Part shown: positions 8,102 through 17,227 of the stretch, in pieces
Numbering within the stretch: the stretch's first letter is position 1
Layout: each line of letters begins with the position of its first letter
NCBI GenBank assembly: GCA_040766225.1
Contig: JAXGQX010000006.1
Span: 1,876 to 65,875 of the forward strand
Origin: Bacillota bacterium
GTDB taxonomy: Bacteria > Bacillota > Sulfobacillia > Fermentithermobacillales > Fermentithermobacillaceae
Length of the DNA stretch: 64,000 bases
Direction: 5' to 3'
Notes under the pieces: model-generated
Databases searched by the model: none
What the model was told of the DNA's origin: nothing
The model's input: the letters and a program-made list of their open reading frames with translations, nothing else
Translations under genes and position numbers: made by a program

Positions 8102-9066
8102 TCAGCATAGGGGACGCGCCCTACGTTTCACTATCTCCACCCTATCGCGATCTTGAAGCCTGTGTTCCCTGCCCACCAACTGGCCCGGAAATTTGGCCGA
8201 CTTGCCCCAAACCGCGGCCTTATGCATCTCCGAAGGCAAGTCTTTGTGGATAAAGGCCGCCAACTCCTCTACGGTGGTTCCCTCCGGAACGATGAAGAGG
8301 CGGGTCCGCATGGCCAGAGGCAGCCCCTTCTTTGCTGTAAACGCATTAAGCGCCATGTCCCAGATGGACTCCCTGAGTATGTCTAGCCCTTCACCTGTTT
8401 GTGACGAAACGGCAACCAGATTTCTGCCCGGTAGTCGCTCTCTCGCTGTCGCGATCATCTCTCGGGACTCGGGCAAGTCAGCTTTGGTCCCGACTATAAG
8501 CAGGGGTCGATCCTCGATGATGCCATCGACCTCCGATACTACGGACGGGGAGTCTGTCCAGCCCTCCGGGCTCCCGAGGGGCAAAACGAGAAGGAATCCA
8601 CGAGCATCTTCTGCCGCTGCCAGATACATCCTTCCGCTCCCCTTGTTTTTTCACGGGCGCCTTCGATGAGACCGGGTATCTCAACCAGTTGGATTCGCGC
8701 GTCGTTGATTATGGCCGTGGCGGCGATGGGCCTGAGGGTGGTAAAAGGGTAATCCCCCACTGTCACGCTACTTTTGCACAGCGCCCTCAGTAACGACGAT
8801 TTGCCCGCGTTGGGGGGCCCGAGCAGGACGAACCTCGCATCGCCGTCTCTGGGGACGAACAGCCCGTCGGCGTGCCTGACTTCCCTTCGCTTTCTCGTGG
8901 TTTCCATTTGAGAGAGGAGCCACTTTCGGAGATCCGCGTACGGTCCCTGTTTGTAGCCCGGGAGCATTTCCATGCATTCTCGAATGACCCGTGCCCTCTG
9001 GGGGCCGTCGGTTCCTTTCAGTCGCCTCTGGATTAGGCGTTTCATATCTTGATGCGGCATCGGCAT
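8102..9066 (-). CDS. OBG-HflX-superfamily GTPase of the DRG type with a C-terminal TGS domain (one frame change)
   Basis: ORFs 8539-9066 and 8102-8629. Motifs: G1 GPPNAGKSS, G2 FTT, G3 EIPG, G4 TKAD. The TGS-like tail is GTTVEELAAFIHKDLPSEMHKAAVWGKSAKFPGQLVGREHRLQDRDRVEIV. One extra T in the T6 run at 8646-8651 joins the halves as ...LIEGAREKNKGSGRMYLAAAEDA.... Confidence 0.8.
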
Positions 9067-9140
9067 AGCCGGTCACCCCTTTTCCTGTGCTGGTGGGTTG
9101 CCTCCCGCACGTTGGTCCCTCGGGTAACCGGTACTCTCAA

Positions 9141-9176
9141 AGAAGAGGGGCCGGCGACCCGGCCCCCTGGTTTTCA
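9141..9176 (-). terminator. GC-rich hairpin terminator (possibly bidirectional)
   Basis: GGGGCCGG-cgac-CCGGCCCC is a perfect 8-bp stem (9147-9166). T-rich flanks lie on both strands (minus CTCTTCTTTG; plus CTGGTTTTC). It sits 36 nt downstream of the small ORF stop at 9202. Confidence 0.5.
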
Positions 9177-9201
9177 AGTTGTTCGCGACTTCGTTTGTCC
9201 T

Positions 9202-9345
9202 CTAGGAGGACATGTCGCGAAGGCGTGGGTGATGGGGACGGCCGCGAGAGGCGCAAAAGGGCATAGTAGCCCCTTGGAGTCGTCCCAAGACATGGACGAT
9301 CCTGTGGCGATGAAGCTTCAGATTGGTGATGTCCTCACGCGTCAT
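9202..9345 (-). CDS. candidate small basic protein (47 aa), function unknown
   Basis: Below the ORF-track cutoff. Sequence: ATG 9345 MTREDITNLKLHRHRIVHVLGRLQGATMPFCASRGRPHHPRLRDMSS*. A strong SD (AAGGAGGG) lies 9 nt upstream, with a candidate promoter upstream and a hairpin terminator downstream. I recognise no homology. Confidence 0.3.
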   Translation of the reverse strand: MTREDITNLKLHRHRIVHVLGRLQGATMPFCASRGRPHHPRLRDMSS

Positions 9346-9425
9346 CCTCGCAAACCCTCCTTTGGCTGGCCTAGTCTTGCGCCTATGGCTTCGAGTCTAC
9401 GGCTCATACTACCTTAGTGATATGA

Positions 9426-9455
9426 ATTGTAGCCTTTTGTAATGCCGGACTGCAA
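9426..9455 (-). promoter_or_regulatory. candidate sigma-A-type promoter for the small ORF unit
   Basis: Minus strand: TTGCAG (9455-9450), 18-nt spacer, TACAAT (9431-9426). Confidence 0.3.
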
Positions 9456-9495
9456 TACCGACAACTCGCTTAGTTCACTACCGGTAGATGGCCGC

Positions 9496-10323
9496 CTAGA
9501 GCCCGCTGACCCTTATTACCGTGAGCCCCATGGACTCCAGCTTATCGATATACGGGTTGATTCCGGCTAGGTCTGACGCGATGTGGCCCGATATGATGAG
9601 GTTCTTCCCCGTCGGGAACTCCTGCCTCAGTTTGGCGGCTTCTGCCGGGCTCAGGTGGATGTAGATCACGGTATCGGTTCCGTGGTCAAAGTAGAGCCTG
9701 GCCAAAGCGGAACCTCCGTTGGTACCCGCTCCGTGTACGACCACGACCTTCCCCGCTTTGTTGGCCATATCGCCCATGCGCAGTTCCACGTTCGTGGGGG
9801 CGTTTCTTATCTCAGGCACCGTGTTCAGAGCGGCGATGACGTCGGCTACGGTTGAGTCAGGTGTGGTGTGGCGATCCACCGCGTCCTGCATTATCCGGCG
9901 TCCGATCTCGTCTAAGGGGTTATGGATATTCAGGTATGGGATACCCAAGAGCCTGGCGAAGGACGGGGCGTGGTCGTAGTTGGCGGAGTGCCTGGCGAAC
10001 GCCACCGCTTCTTTCATCTTCTTCACAGCGTCGCCGGCGGCTTCCGACGGAACCCCGTTTCTTACCATGAGTTCTGTATGGAGGTCAAACACTTCCGGGA
10101 ACGTGGTGACCGAGGCATCGGGATGGTGGGCGAGAACGCAGTCAACTCCGAGTTGCTGCCCCACCAGTAGTTCAGGCACGCCCATGTCGATTCCGAACAG
10201 TATCTTCTTGATGTCCGTGCCCGGAACGTGGATCTTGGAATCAGCCGGCCAACGGGTCTGCCCCGCGAGGTCGACGGCGATCTGCATGAGTTCTTCAGTA
10301 GTGACTCCCGACGCCTTTGTCAT
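9496..10323 (-). CDS. NIF3 (DUF34)-family metal-binding protein
   Basis: ORF 9496-10419 trimmed to ATG 10323 (GGAGG upstream). It has VLAHHPD and ISGHIASD motifs, reminiscent of the NIF3 dinuclear-metal His ligands. The family assignment comes from motif memory only. Confidence 0.55.
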   Translation of the reverse strand: MTKASGVTTEELMQIAVDLAGQTRWPADSKIHVPGTDIKKILFGIDMGVPELLVGQQLGVDCVLAHHPDASVTTFPEVFDLHTELMVRNGVPSEAAGDAVKKMKEAVAFARHSANYDHAPSFARLLGIPYLNIHNPLDEIGRRIMQDAVDRHTTPDSTVADVIAALNTVPEIRNAPTNVELRMGDMANKAGKVVVVHGAGTNGGSALARLYFDHGTDTVIYIHLSPAEAAKLRQEFPTGKNLIISGHIASDLAGINPYIDKLESMGLTVIRVSGL

Positions 10324-10458
10324 AGAACTGCCTCCATTTCCGTGCGGCGTTACATTCCGCAAGATAGATGTGGGTTTTTTCCCTATGGGCACGGCAAAGT
10401 CCTGCTCGTATGCCCACATCCGGGAGGGTTATGAGGCGTTTTAGGGGTTTCCGACGAA

Positions 10459-11361
10459 CTACTTCAGCATCGTCACCAACCGGTGCATGTTCTTCTCGGC
10501 GCACGCCTTTCCCGATTCGATCAAAGCCCGCGCCTTGGCCGGAGTGGGGAATCCCACATCCCAAACATCTGGCTGCAGGATGAGAGACGCGTGTTCGGTG
10601 AGGGTACGCTCGACTTCTCTCCTGCACGCCAAGGCGAAGCATCTCGAGAGAACGCCTATCACGTTATCCACTTTTTGCGGCTTCTCGGCGTGGGACCCCA
10701 AGTCGACAGCGACGATCTCTTGAGCTCCCATGCGTTCCAGCTCATCCACGGGCACCATGTTGCGGACCCCGCCATCCACCAGAGTCCTTCGGTGCAGCTT
10801 CTTCGGAACGAATACGCCCGGGAGCGATATGCTTGCTCGGATAGCTTCCGATATCTTGGCGTCGGTGATGTAAACTTTGCCCGTTTCACTGCCTAAGATG
10901 GAAGTCCGGTATCTCGGCGGGCGGTTTGTGAAAACCACCTCTTCGCCTGTTTCTACGTCCACCGCGGTGATGGCCACGGGCATCTGGGCGTCGCACAGGC
11001 GTTTTCCGCCTGTCAACCGGTCGCACCAGGACTCGATGAAACCTCCCCTAATGAGGCCCTTGACGCCCAGGGAGTGTGACCGGGGTCCTGCGTATGGGAA
11101 CTCTATCGGCTCGTCGTCGATGGCGTCCTCCGATGCGGCAAGTGCCATTGCCCCGTCCTGAATACCGGTGATGTTCACCCCGGCAGCCAGGAGGCCGGCA
11201 ACCGCTCCTCCGGCGCTGGTTCCCGCTATCATTGAAGGGGATAGTCCGTAGAGGCGCATGGCCATCAGGACCCCTATATGGGCAAAGCCCAGGACACCTC
11301 CGCCTCCCAGAGCCAAACCCCAGTGAGTCTCGTTGCGGGACAAAAGAATCCCTCCCTCCAC
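10459..11361 (-). CDS. patatin-like phospholipase
   Basis: Intact 300-aa ORF with oxyanion motif GGGGVLGFAHIGVL, nucleophile elbow GTSAGG (GxSxG) and catalytic Asp motif VDGGV. Confidence 0.9.
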   Translation of the reverse strand: MEGGILLSRNETHWGLALGGGGVLGFAHIGVLMAMRLYGLSPSMIAGTSAGGAVAGLLAAGVNITGIQDGAMALAASEDAIDDEPIEFPYAGPRSHSLGVKGLIRGGFIESWCDRLTGGKRLCDAQMPVAITAVDVETGEEVVFTNRPPRYRTSILGSETGKVYITDAKISEAIRASISLPGVFVPKKLHRRTLVDGGVRNMVPVDELERMGAQEIVAVDLGSHAEKPQKVDNVIGVLSRCFALACRREVERTLTEHASLILQPDVWDVGFPTPAKARALIESGKACAEKNMHRLVTMLK

Positions 11362-12678
11362 TTACAGCGTATGCGAGGGAGAAACCGGTGGCGCCTCTCT
11401 TGGGTTTGGAAGCCTAAACGCAACTATGCAGGCAACAACTTCTATGGCGGCGACTATGGCGAACAGCGTCGGGAAGTTGCTGATCTGGAGGATCCACCCG
11501 CCCACCATGGTAAGGAGAGTTATGGGCGCCCCTATGGTGTTGTAGAGGCCCATTAGGGTCGCCCTGTTGCCTTCGACGGAAATGTCGAACACGTAGTTTG
11601 AGAAGCCTATCCACGTTCCTCCGAAGGATGTGCCCACGCAGAAATACAAGAGTAAGTAGAGTCCGTAGGCCATCGCCGAAGCTCCGCAAGAGACTGCCAA
11701 TCTGGCTCCTAGAGCCAACAACGCCGTGGCGGTGGTCGTGAGGGCTACTATGCGGATGACCCAATGAGGGCCCTTACGATCCCCCAGGTACCCCCAGATG
11801 GGCCCTCCTATGACGGACCCCACCATTTGGGCGGACACGAACAAGCCCACGACGCTGACAGGAAAGTGGAGTTCTCTTTGGGCGTGAATGGCGAAGAACG
11901 GAAGGCACAAGTAGAACGAGCCGGTCAGCAGCCTCGTGACCATGAGTTGCCGGAACAGGGGGTTTTGGGCCCAGGCTGAAGGGAGCCTCTTCAAGTAGGT
12001 CCCTAAGGAGCTGTACTTCTCGGGCGTGGGCCCGCCCGGGTCTGCGATGAAATGCATGGCTGTGAGAGAGCAGCACATGAAGAAGGCCCCCAACGCCATG
12101 ACCGTGAAGTAGTTGAGCGGGTAGTTGCCGTTGTGGCTAAGGAGCCGCTGTATCAGGAAACCGGCGACGAAGGAGCCGGAGCCCCCCACCGCCTGCATCG
12201 TGCCGAACAGGCGACCGCGGCGGTCCTGAGGGATGGTACGCGCCACAATGTCCATCCAAGGGAGACCGCCAAATCCGTCGGCGAAGGCGAACACGGTCAA
12301 AGCCGCGAAGAACACGGCCAGAGCCCACTGTGGGTTCTTTTTGGCAATGAGCGCGGATAGGGCCAGGATCGCTCCCGCCGAACGCATGACGTAACCGGCT
12401 CGCATCATGAAGGGCTTCTTCATTGGCCGGTTTTCGATGAACCCCGCAACGAAAATCTGGGGCATCAAGTATCCGAAGCTGCGGATCGAACTCACCAACC
12501 CGATTAGAAATGGTGAGCTCGTAAGGGTGCTCGCGAACGTCGGAAGCACCGTGTTGCCTTCCAGGAACGCCGTACCGATGTTGAAGTTGGCTCCATCCAA
12601 TATGAACGCCCATTTGTTGCGGGCTGTCAGCTTGGGGTCGATGAAAGCGCCGGCCCTTGGTTTTTCTGTCGCGGCCAC
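11362..12678 (-). CDS. MFS transporter
   Basis: Intact 438-aa polytopic ORF with about twelve hydrophobic segments. Its stop codon (11362-11364) directly abuts the patatin start codon (11361). Confidence 0.8.
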   Translation of the reverse strand: MAATEKPRAGAFIDPKLTARNKWAFILDGANFNIGTAFLEGNTVLPTFASTLTSSPFLIGLVSSIRSFGYLMPQIFVAGFIENRPMKKPFMMRAGYVMRSAGAILALSALIAKKNPQWALAVFFAALTVFAFADGFGGLPWMDIVARTIPQDRRGRLFGTMQAVGGSGSFVAGFLIQRLLSHNGNYPLNYFTVMALGAFFMCCSLTAMHFIADPGGPTPEKYSSLGTYLKRLPSAWAQNPLFRQLMVTRLLTGSFYLCLPFFAIHAQRELHFPVSVVGLFVSAQMVGSVIGGPIWGYLGDRKGPHWVIRIVALTTTATALLALGARLAVSCGASAMAYGLYLLLYFCVGTSFGGTWIGFSNYVFDISVEGNRATLMGLYNTIGAPITLLTMVGGWILQISNFPTLFAIVAAIEVVACIVAFRLPNPREAPPVSPSHTL

Positions 12679-12732
12679 AATATGACCTCCGGTTCTCCTA
12701 TGCGTCGGTGGCTTTCTCCCTGCCCCGTCTAT

Positions 12733-14613
12733 CTAGTCTCTATCAGGCAGGCACTTGCCCGCCCAGGAGATGCCTAGTCTGGCCAGGGTGTCTTCGGTTG
12801 GGACACCCTGATCGGTCCAACCGGATTGACGGTAGTACGCCAGCTTTGCTCTCTCCCATTCCTCTCTAGACATCTTGGACTCTGAAAGCGGGCCCGCGGG
12901 GAGCGCTTCGAAGAACCTGTCAGGTAGTCTTTCGTCCGAAGCGGTCATGCCTTCCCGTAAGTTCACGATCCTTGCCAAAGTGTATGCCCTTTCCGCGACG
13001 GCCAGGATTTCCGCGGTCCCGGTTTTCCAGCCCGTTACCGCCGTAACCAGGTCGACCATTTGGAAAACGGTCCACGGCATGAAGGTGCATATCACCGCGC
13101 AATCGTAGAAGTGGCGGTACTTGGTTATGGTGCGAAGCAGCGTTACCTTCTCCAAGGACAGATCGAGAGGGGGCAAAGGCACCGAGCCGACTCCCATCGC
13201 CCTGGCGTCATTTGCGCCCTTGCCTTCCTTCGCGTAGGGGATGTCATGCATGTTGTGCTGGTGATCCGCACCGGTTATGGATAGGCCGTACCCCAAGCCT
13301 AAGCCCCATTCTTGCCTGGGGTCGTGCATGGGGATCTCCTGCTTTCTGGTATGCATGGCGAGGGCTTGGGCGCCTCTGCCTATCCTCTCGGCAGCCCTGA
13401 CCGAACCCTCAGCCAGAAGATCGCCGATGCCTTCTCTTCCCACGATCTTCTCCAACACGGACAGCATGGCCGGGCCGTTCCCAAAGGTGAGTTCCAGGCC
13501 GCCGGTATCTTCCAGGGTCAAAAGGCCTTTCTCGAAACATTCCATAGCGAATGCGACGGTAACGCCCGCCGAGATGGTGTCCAAACCGTAAGCGTTGCAG
13601 ATTTCGTTGGCTTTGCAGACGTATCGAACATCCCCAATGCCGCATGCAGAACCGAACGAGCCCAACGTCTCGTACTCCGGCCCACCGTATCTCCGGTCCA
13701 CCTTAAACGGCTCTGTTACCTCCACAACCCTCTTGCAGCGGATTGGGCATCCGTAGCATGAGTCGCGGTCCACCAGGACCGCATCGTTCATAGTCTGGCC
13801 TGTAATTCCTTCGTAGCCCTCAAAGAGGCCTTCCGTGAAATTCCTTGTGGGGAGTCCGCCCGCCACCTGCTTGTTCTTGACTCCTCCTGTTGTGCCGAAC
13901 TCGTGGAGGCCCCAGGAGAGGTCTTTCCAGTTACGCATGAACCAGGAGGCGATTTCCCGGACTTTATCCTTATCGGCCAAGAACACCGGCTGGTGCCCCC
14001 TGGCGGCGACTGCTCGGAGTTTCTTGGAGCCCATTACCGCCCCTATGCCGCTTCGTCCGATGTAGTGAGTGACATCGTTCGCGATGCCCGCGAACCTAAC
14101 GAGATTCTCTCCCGCAGGACCGCATTGGCACGTGCGGATGAGGTTGTCGCCCAGTTCGTCGCGTATGAGGTCTTGGGCTTCGCCGGTGGTTTTTCCCCAG
14201 ATGTGAGACGCGTCTCGTATCTCTATTTCCCCATCGTGGACCCAGAGGTACACCGGGGTTTCCGACGCTGAGGTCACCACCAAGGCGTCAAAGCCCGCCC
14301 TGCGCAGCTCGGGGCCGAAGAACCCGCCTCCCTCACCCACTCCAAACCCACCGGTAAGGGGAGAAATGGCGCCAGCGGCGCTTCTGCCCGTTCCGGGGAG
14401 AGGCGCGCCGGTGATAGGGCCGGCAGCGATGATCAGAACGTTCTCTGGGCCAAGCGGGTCTACCCCTGGCTTCGTCAGCCTCAAGAGCTCCCTTGCGATC
14501 AGCCCTGTGCCCCCGAAATACAACCGGTAGGTCAGGGACGGAAGAGTCTCTTTTCGGACCGTCCTTGTGCCCAGGTCTACATATCCTATGGTCCCGATTA
14601 GTTCGTCTGCCAT
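12733..14613 (-). CDS. aor: aldehyde:ferredoxin oxidoreductase family (tungstopterin) enzyme
   Basis: ORF 12733-14709 trimmed to ATG 14613 (AGGAGG upstream). AFOR N-domain segments: YFGGTGLIARELL and GRSAAGAISPLTGG. [4Fe-4S] ligand pattern CYGCPIRC (CxxCxxxC). About 626 aa. Confidence 0.9.
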   Translation of the reverse strand: MADELIGTIGYVDLGTRTVRKETLPSLTYRLYFGGTGLIARELLRLTKPGVDPLGPENVLIIAAGPITGAPLPGTGRSAAGAISPLTGGFGVGEGGGFFGPELRRAGFDALVVTSASETPVYLWVHDGEIEIRDASHIWGKTTGEAQDLIRDELGDNLIRTCQCGPAGENLVRFAGIANDVTHYIGRSGIGAVMGSKKLRAVAARGHQPVFLADKDKVREIASWFMRNWKDLSWGLHEFGTTGGVKNKQVAGGLPTRNFTEGLFEGYEGITGQTMNDAVLVDRDSCYGCPIRCKRVVEVTEPFKVDRRYGGPEYETLGSFGSACGIGDVRYVCKANEICNAYGLDTISAGVTVAFAMECFEKGLLTLEDTGGLELTFGNGPAMLSVLEKIVGREGIGDLLAEGSVRAAERIGRGAQALAMHTRKQEIPMHDPRQEWGLGLGYGLSITGADHQHNMHDIPYAKEGKGANDARAMGVGSVPLPPLDLSLEKVTLLRTITKYRHFYDCAVICTFMPWTVFQMVDLVTAVTGWKTGTAEILAVAERAYTLARIVNLREGMTASDERLPDRFFEALPAGPLSESKMSREEWERAKLAYYRQSGWTDQGVPTEDTLARLGISWAGKCLPDRD

Positions 14614-14702
14614 AGTAAGCCCTCCTAGTGTCATTACGCTGGTATTCGCCATAAGACCACACAAATCCCTTTTGATGTATACTCGTCCGAGGAGGGGAGC
14701 AC

Positions 14703-15377
14703 ATGACAACTTACTACTTAATCAGGCACGGAGAAACCGAAGCCAACAAGTCAGGCATATTGCAGGGGCACCTGGACGTTCCCTTGTCAGAGACCGGGCG
14801 CAGGCAATCAGAGCTGGTAGCCCAGGCCCTATCCCAGGTGGAGTTCGATGAGATCTTCTCCAGCGACCTCTCTCGCGCCCTGGACACTGCCAAGGCCATC
14901 TTGGCCGCACAGAAAAGAAGGCGTACAGAAGGGGTCACTGTAGATGAGGGGCTTCGAGAGACCCATTGCGGCATCCTCCAGGGCAAAACCTTCGCGGAAG
15001 TGGAGCAGTTGTGGCCGGAGGTATACAGGGGGTTGAAGAGCGACCCGCTTAACGCCCCTCGCCCCGGAGGCGAGTCCTACATTGAGTGCTTTGGGAGAAC
15101 CGTCACAGCGTTTCAACGAATTCGGAAGTCATGCGCGGACAAGGGGCTCCGGGATGGAGTCGTAGCGGTGGTCGCCCACGGCGGAACCATTCGTAACCTG
15201 CTCGCTTACGCCAAAGGACGAACCGTTGACCCCGGCGAGGCCTCCGTAGCCAACTGCTCCATCAGCATACTAGAGGAAGCAGGCGACCGGTTGGCTGTCC
15301 GCCAGGAAAACGCGGTGGAACACCTACTGTGCATGGGGTTTGACCCCAGAGAAAAGTCCCAGATCTACAAGTGGTAG
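14703..15377 (+). CDS. histidine phosphatase family protein (phosphoglycerate mutase-like)
   Basis: Intact 224-aa ORF with the LIRHGETEAN (RHG) catalytic motif and VVAHGGTIR second-His motif. Confidence 0.9.
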   Translation: MTTYYLIRHGETEANKSGILQGHLDVPLSETGRRQSELVAQALSQVEFDEIFSSDLSRALDTAKAILAAQKRRRTEGVTVDEGLRETHCGILQGKTFAEVEQLWPEVYRGLKSDPLNAPRPGGESYIECFGRTVTAFQRIRKSCADKGLRDGVVAVVAHGGTIRNLLAYAKGRTVDPGEASVANCSISILEEAGDRLAVRQENAVEHLLCMGFDPREKSQIYKW

Positions 15378-15442
15378 AAGCGATAGACCCATCAAGGGAC
15401 GCCCCTGAGGGAGATCAGCGCATGCACCGTTATGGTAGGGTT

Positions 15443-16663
15443 CTAGGTCTTGGAGAATGCTCGTCCCAAGGCCCTGGTGATGACGTCCCAGATCACGCGG
15501 AAAATGTTTCCCTTGGGGACGTCCGCGCCCGCGACTATGTCTGAACGGCCAACCTCCTGCCCGTCTACCGTGTAGATAACTTCGCCGACCTTCTGGCCGC
15601 GTTGAAGGGGAGCTTCCAGATCGGGCCTGAGTTCGACCTCGTAGGTCAGCGAATCCGCCTGCCCTTTTTCGACGGTGGCCCCCAGACCAAACGGTGCCAC
15701 GGCGTCAACCCACTTCCCGCTTCCTTTCCACACCCTGGCCTTTGCGACCACGGCGTCGACTTCGGCCATAGACACATACGAGTAGTTGGCGTAGGCCCAG
15801 TCCAGCATCGAGGTGACAAGCGCAGTCCGTTCCCGCTCTCCCTCATCGATTGACTTCCCCCGGGCGGAGCCCATCACGATGGCGATCAGGTCTAGGCCGT
15901 CTCGTTCACACAGGACGACGGTATTGAAGCCCGCTTTGGTCGTGAAGCCGGTCTTCAGGCCGTAACAGCCTGGATAGGACCAAAGCAGCCTGTTTCGGTT
16001 AAACTGGGGGGCCATTTGAGACTGGCCCGGGGCGGTGTACTCGAACTCCTTGAGCGCGTGGTACGGCAGAGCTTCAGGATGCACCATGGTGTACGCAGTC
16101 ACAAGTCTCATGAGGTCGGATACGGATATCCGGTTATCGTCAGAGAGGCCGTGCGGGTCCACAAAGTGGGTGTCATTCATCCCCAGGGTCTTGGCCTTCT
16201 GGTTCATGCGGTCAACGAAGCTCTGCACGTTGCCGGCCAGGTGTTCGGCTACTGCCACGCAGGCGTCGTTGCCGGACATAACGGTGATGCCCTTTATGAG
16301 GTCCTCCAACTTAACCTCGGAGCCTACCAGTATGTACATTTTTGAGCCTTGGGTTCTCCAGGCGAGTTCAGACACTTTCACCATATCGTTTATGGCTATC
16401 TCTCCGCTGGCGATGGCGTCAAATAGCACGTATAAGGACATGATCTTGGTGAGGCTCGCCGGCACAAAGGCGGTATCAACGTCTTTGGACAAGAGCACTC
16501 GGCCTGTCTTTAGGTCCGCCACCAAATACCCGTCAGCCTTCACCTCCGGCGGAGCACTTGCCGCCAAAGCGATGCCGGAAAAGGCTGAAAGTAGCGACGC
16601 GCATGCCAGAAAGAAGGATATGAGCGCGCGAACGAGGAAGTGCCGCCTGCCTAGTGAGAACAT
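15443..16663 (-). CDS. D-alanyl-D-alanine carboxypeptidase (PBP5 class, DacA/DacF-like)
   Basis: Intact 406-aa ORF with a signal peptide, SLTK (SxxK), SGN and KTG motifs, and a C-terminal PBP5_C-like beta domain. Confidence 0.9.
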   Translation of the reverse strand: MFSLGRRHFLVRALISFFLACASLLSAFSGIALAASAPPEVKADGYLVADLKTGRVLLSKDVDTAFVPASLTKIMSLYVLFDAIASGEIAINDMVKVSELAWRTQGSKMYILVGSEVKLEDLIKGITVMSGNDACVAVAEHLAGNVQSFVDRMNQKAKTLGMNDTHFVDPHGLSDDNRISVSDLMRLVTAYTMVHPEALPYHALKEFEYTAPGQSQMAPQFNRNRLLWSYPGCYGLKTGFTTKAGFNTVVLCERDGLDLIAIVMGSARGKSIDEGERERTALVTSMLDWAYANYSYVSMAEVDAVVAKARVWKGSGKWVDAVAPFGLGATVEKGQADSLTYEVELRPDLEAPLQRGQKVGEVIYTVDGQEVGRSDIVAGADVPKGNIFRVIWDVITRALGRAFSKT

Positions 16664-16708
16664 TGATCCGACCTCCGAGAGTTTTCTATGACATCAGGTT
16701 GGAGTCTG

Positions 16709-17176
16709 ATGAGGTGATCTAAACGTATATCATTTCGGCGTGCTTGTGCAACTCTGTCGGTATGACAGTGAATGTAAGGCGATGAAAAAACCCTATCGTT
16801 GATGGGAAGAGGGCTCGGAGTGCCCGTATGTCCCGAGGTCTTGGGCGGGCTCCCGACTCCCCGGATGCCCGCGGAGATCATCCCGGTAGACGGTGAACGA
16901 TCAGTGAGCCGGGGAGCCCTCGTCCGCACTGTAGACGGCGCCGACGTTACTAGGCAGTACCTGGAGGGAGCCCGGCGTGCCCTGCTTCTGGGGCTACAGG
17001 CCGGATGCTACAAGGCGATTCTGAAGGCGCGGAGCCCTTCTTGCGGGCTCGATAAGGTGTATGACGGCACGTTCTCCAAGCATCTCTGCCAAGGCCACGG
17101 TGTGTTCGCGGAACTTCTGCTATCTCACGGTTTCCAAGTCTACACCGAGGAGGACCCTGGAATACCGGAACTATAG
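16709..17176 (+). pseudogene. DUF523 (YbbK-like) protein, N-terminus broken by >=2 frame changes
   Basis: ORF 16799-17176 has VPVCPEVLGGLPTPRMPAEI and RSPSCG. The upstream pieces IISACL and LCRYDSECKAMKK lie in other frames. Adding one A to the A6 run at 16785-16790 joins them as ...CRYDSECKAMKKTLSLMGRGLGVPVCPEV.... Confidence 0.7.
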
Positions 17177-17227
17177 CGGAGTTTCGGCGTAGTTATCTAT
17201 AGAAGTACATTTAGGGAGGGCACGCCC

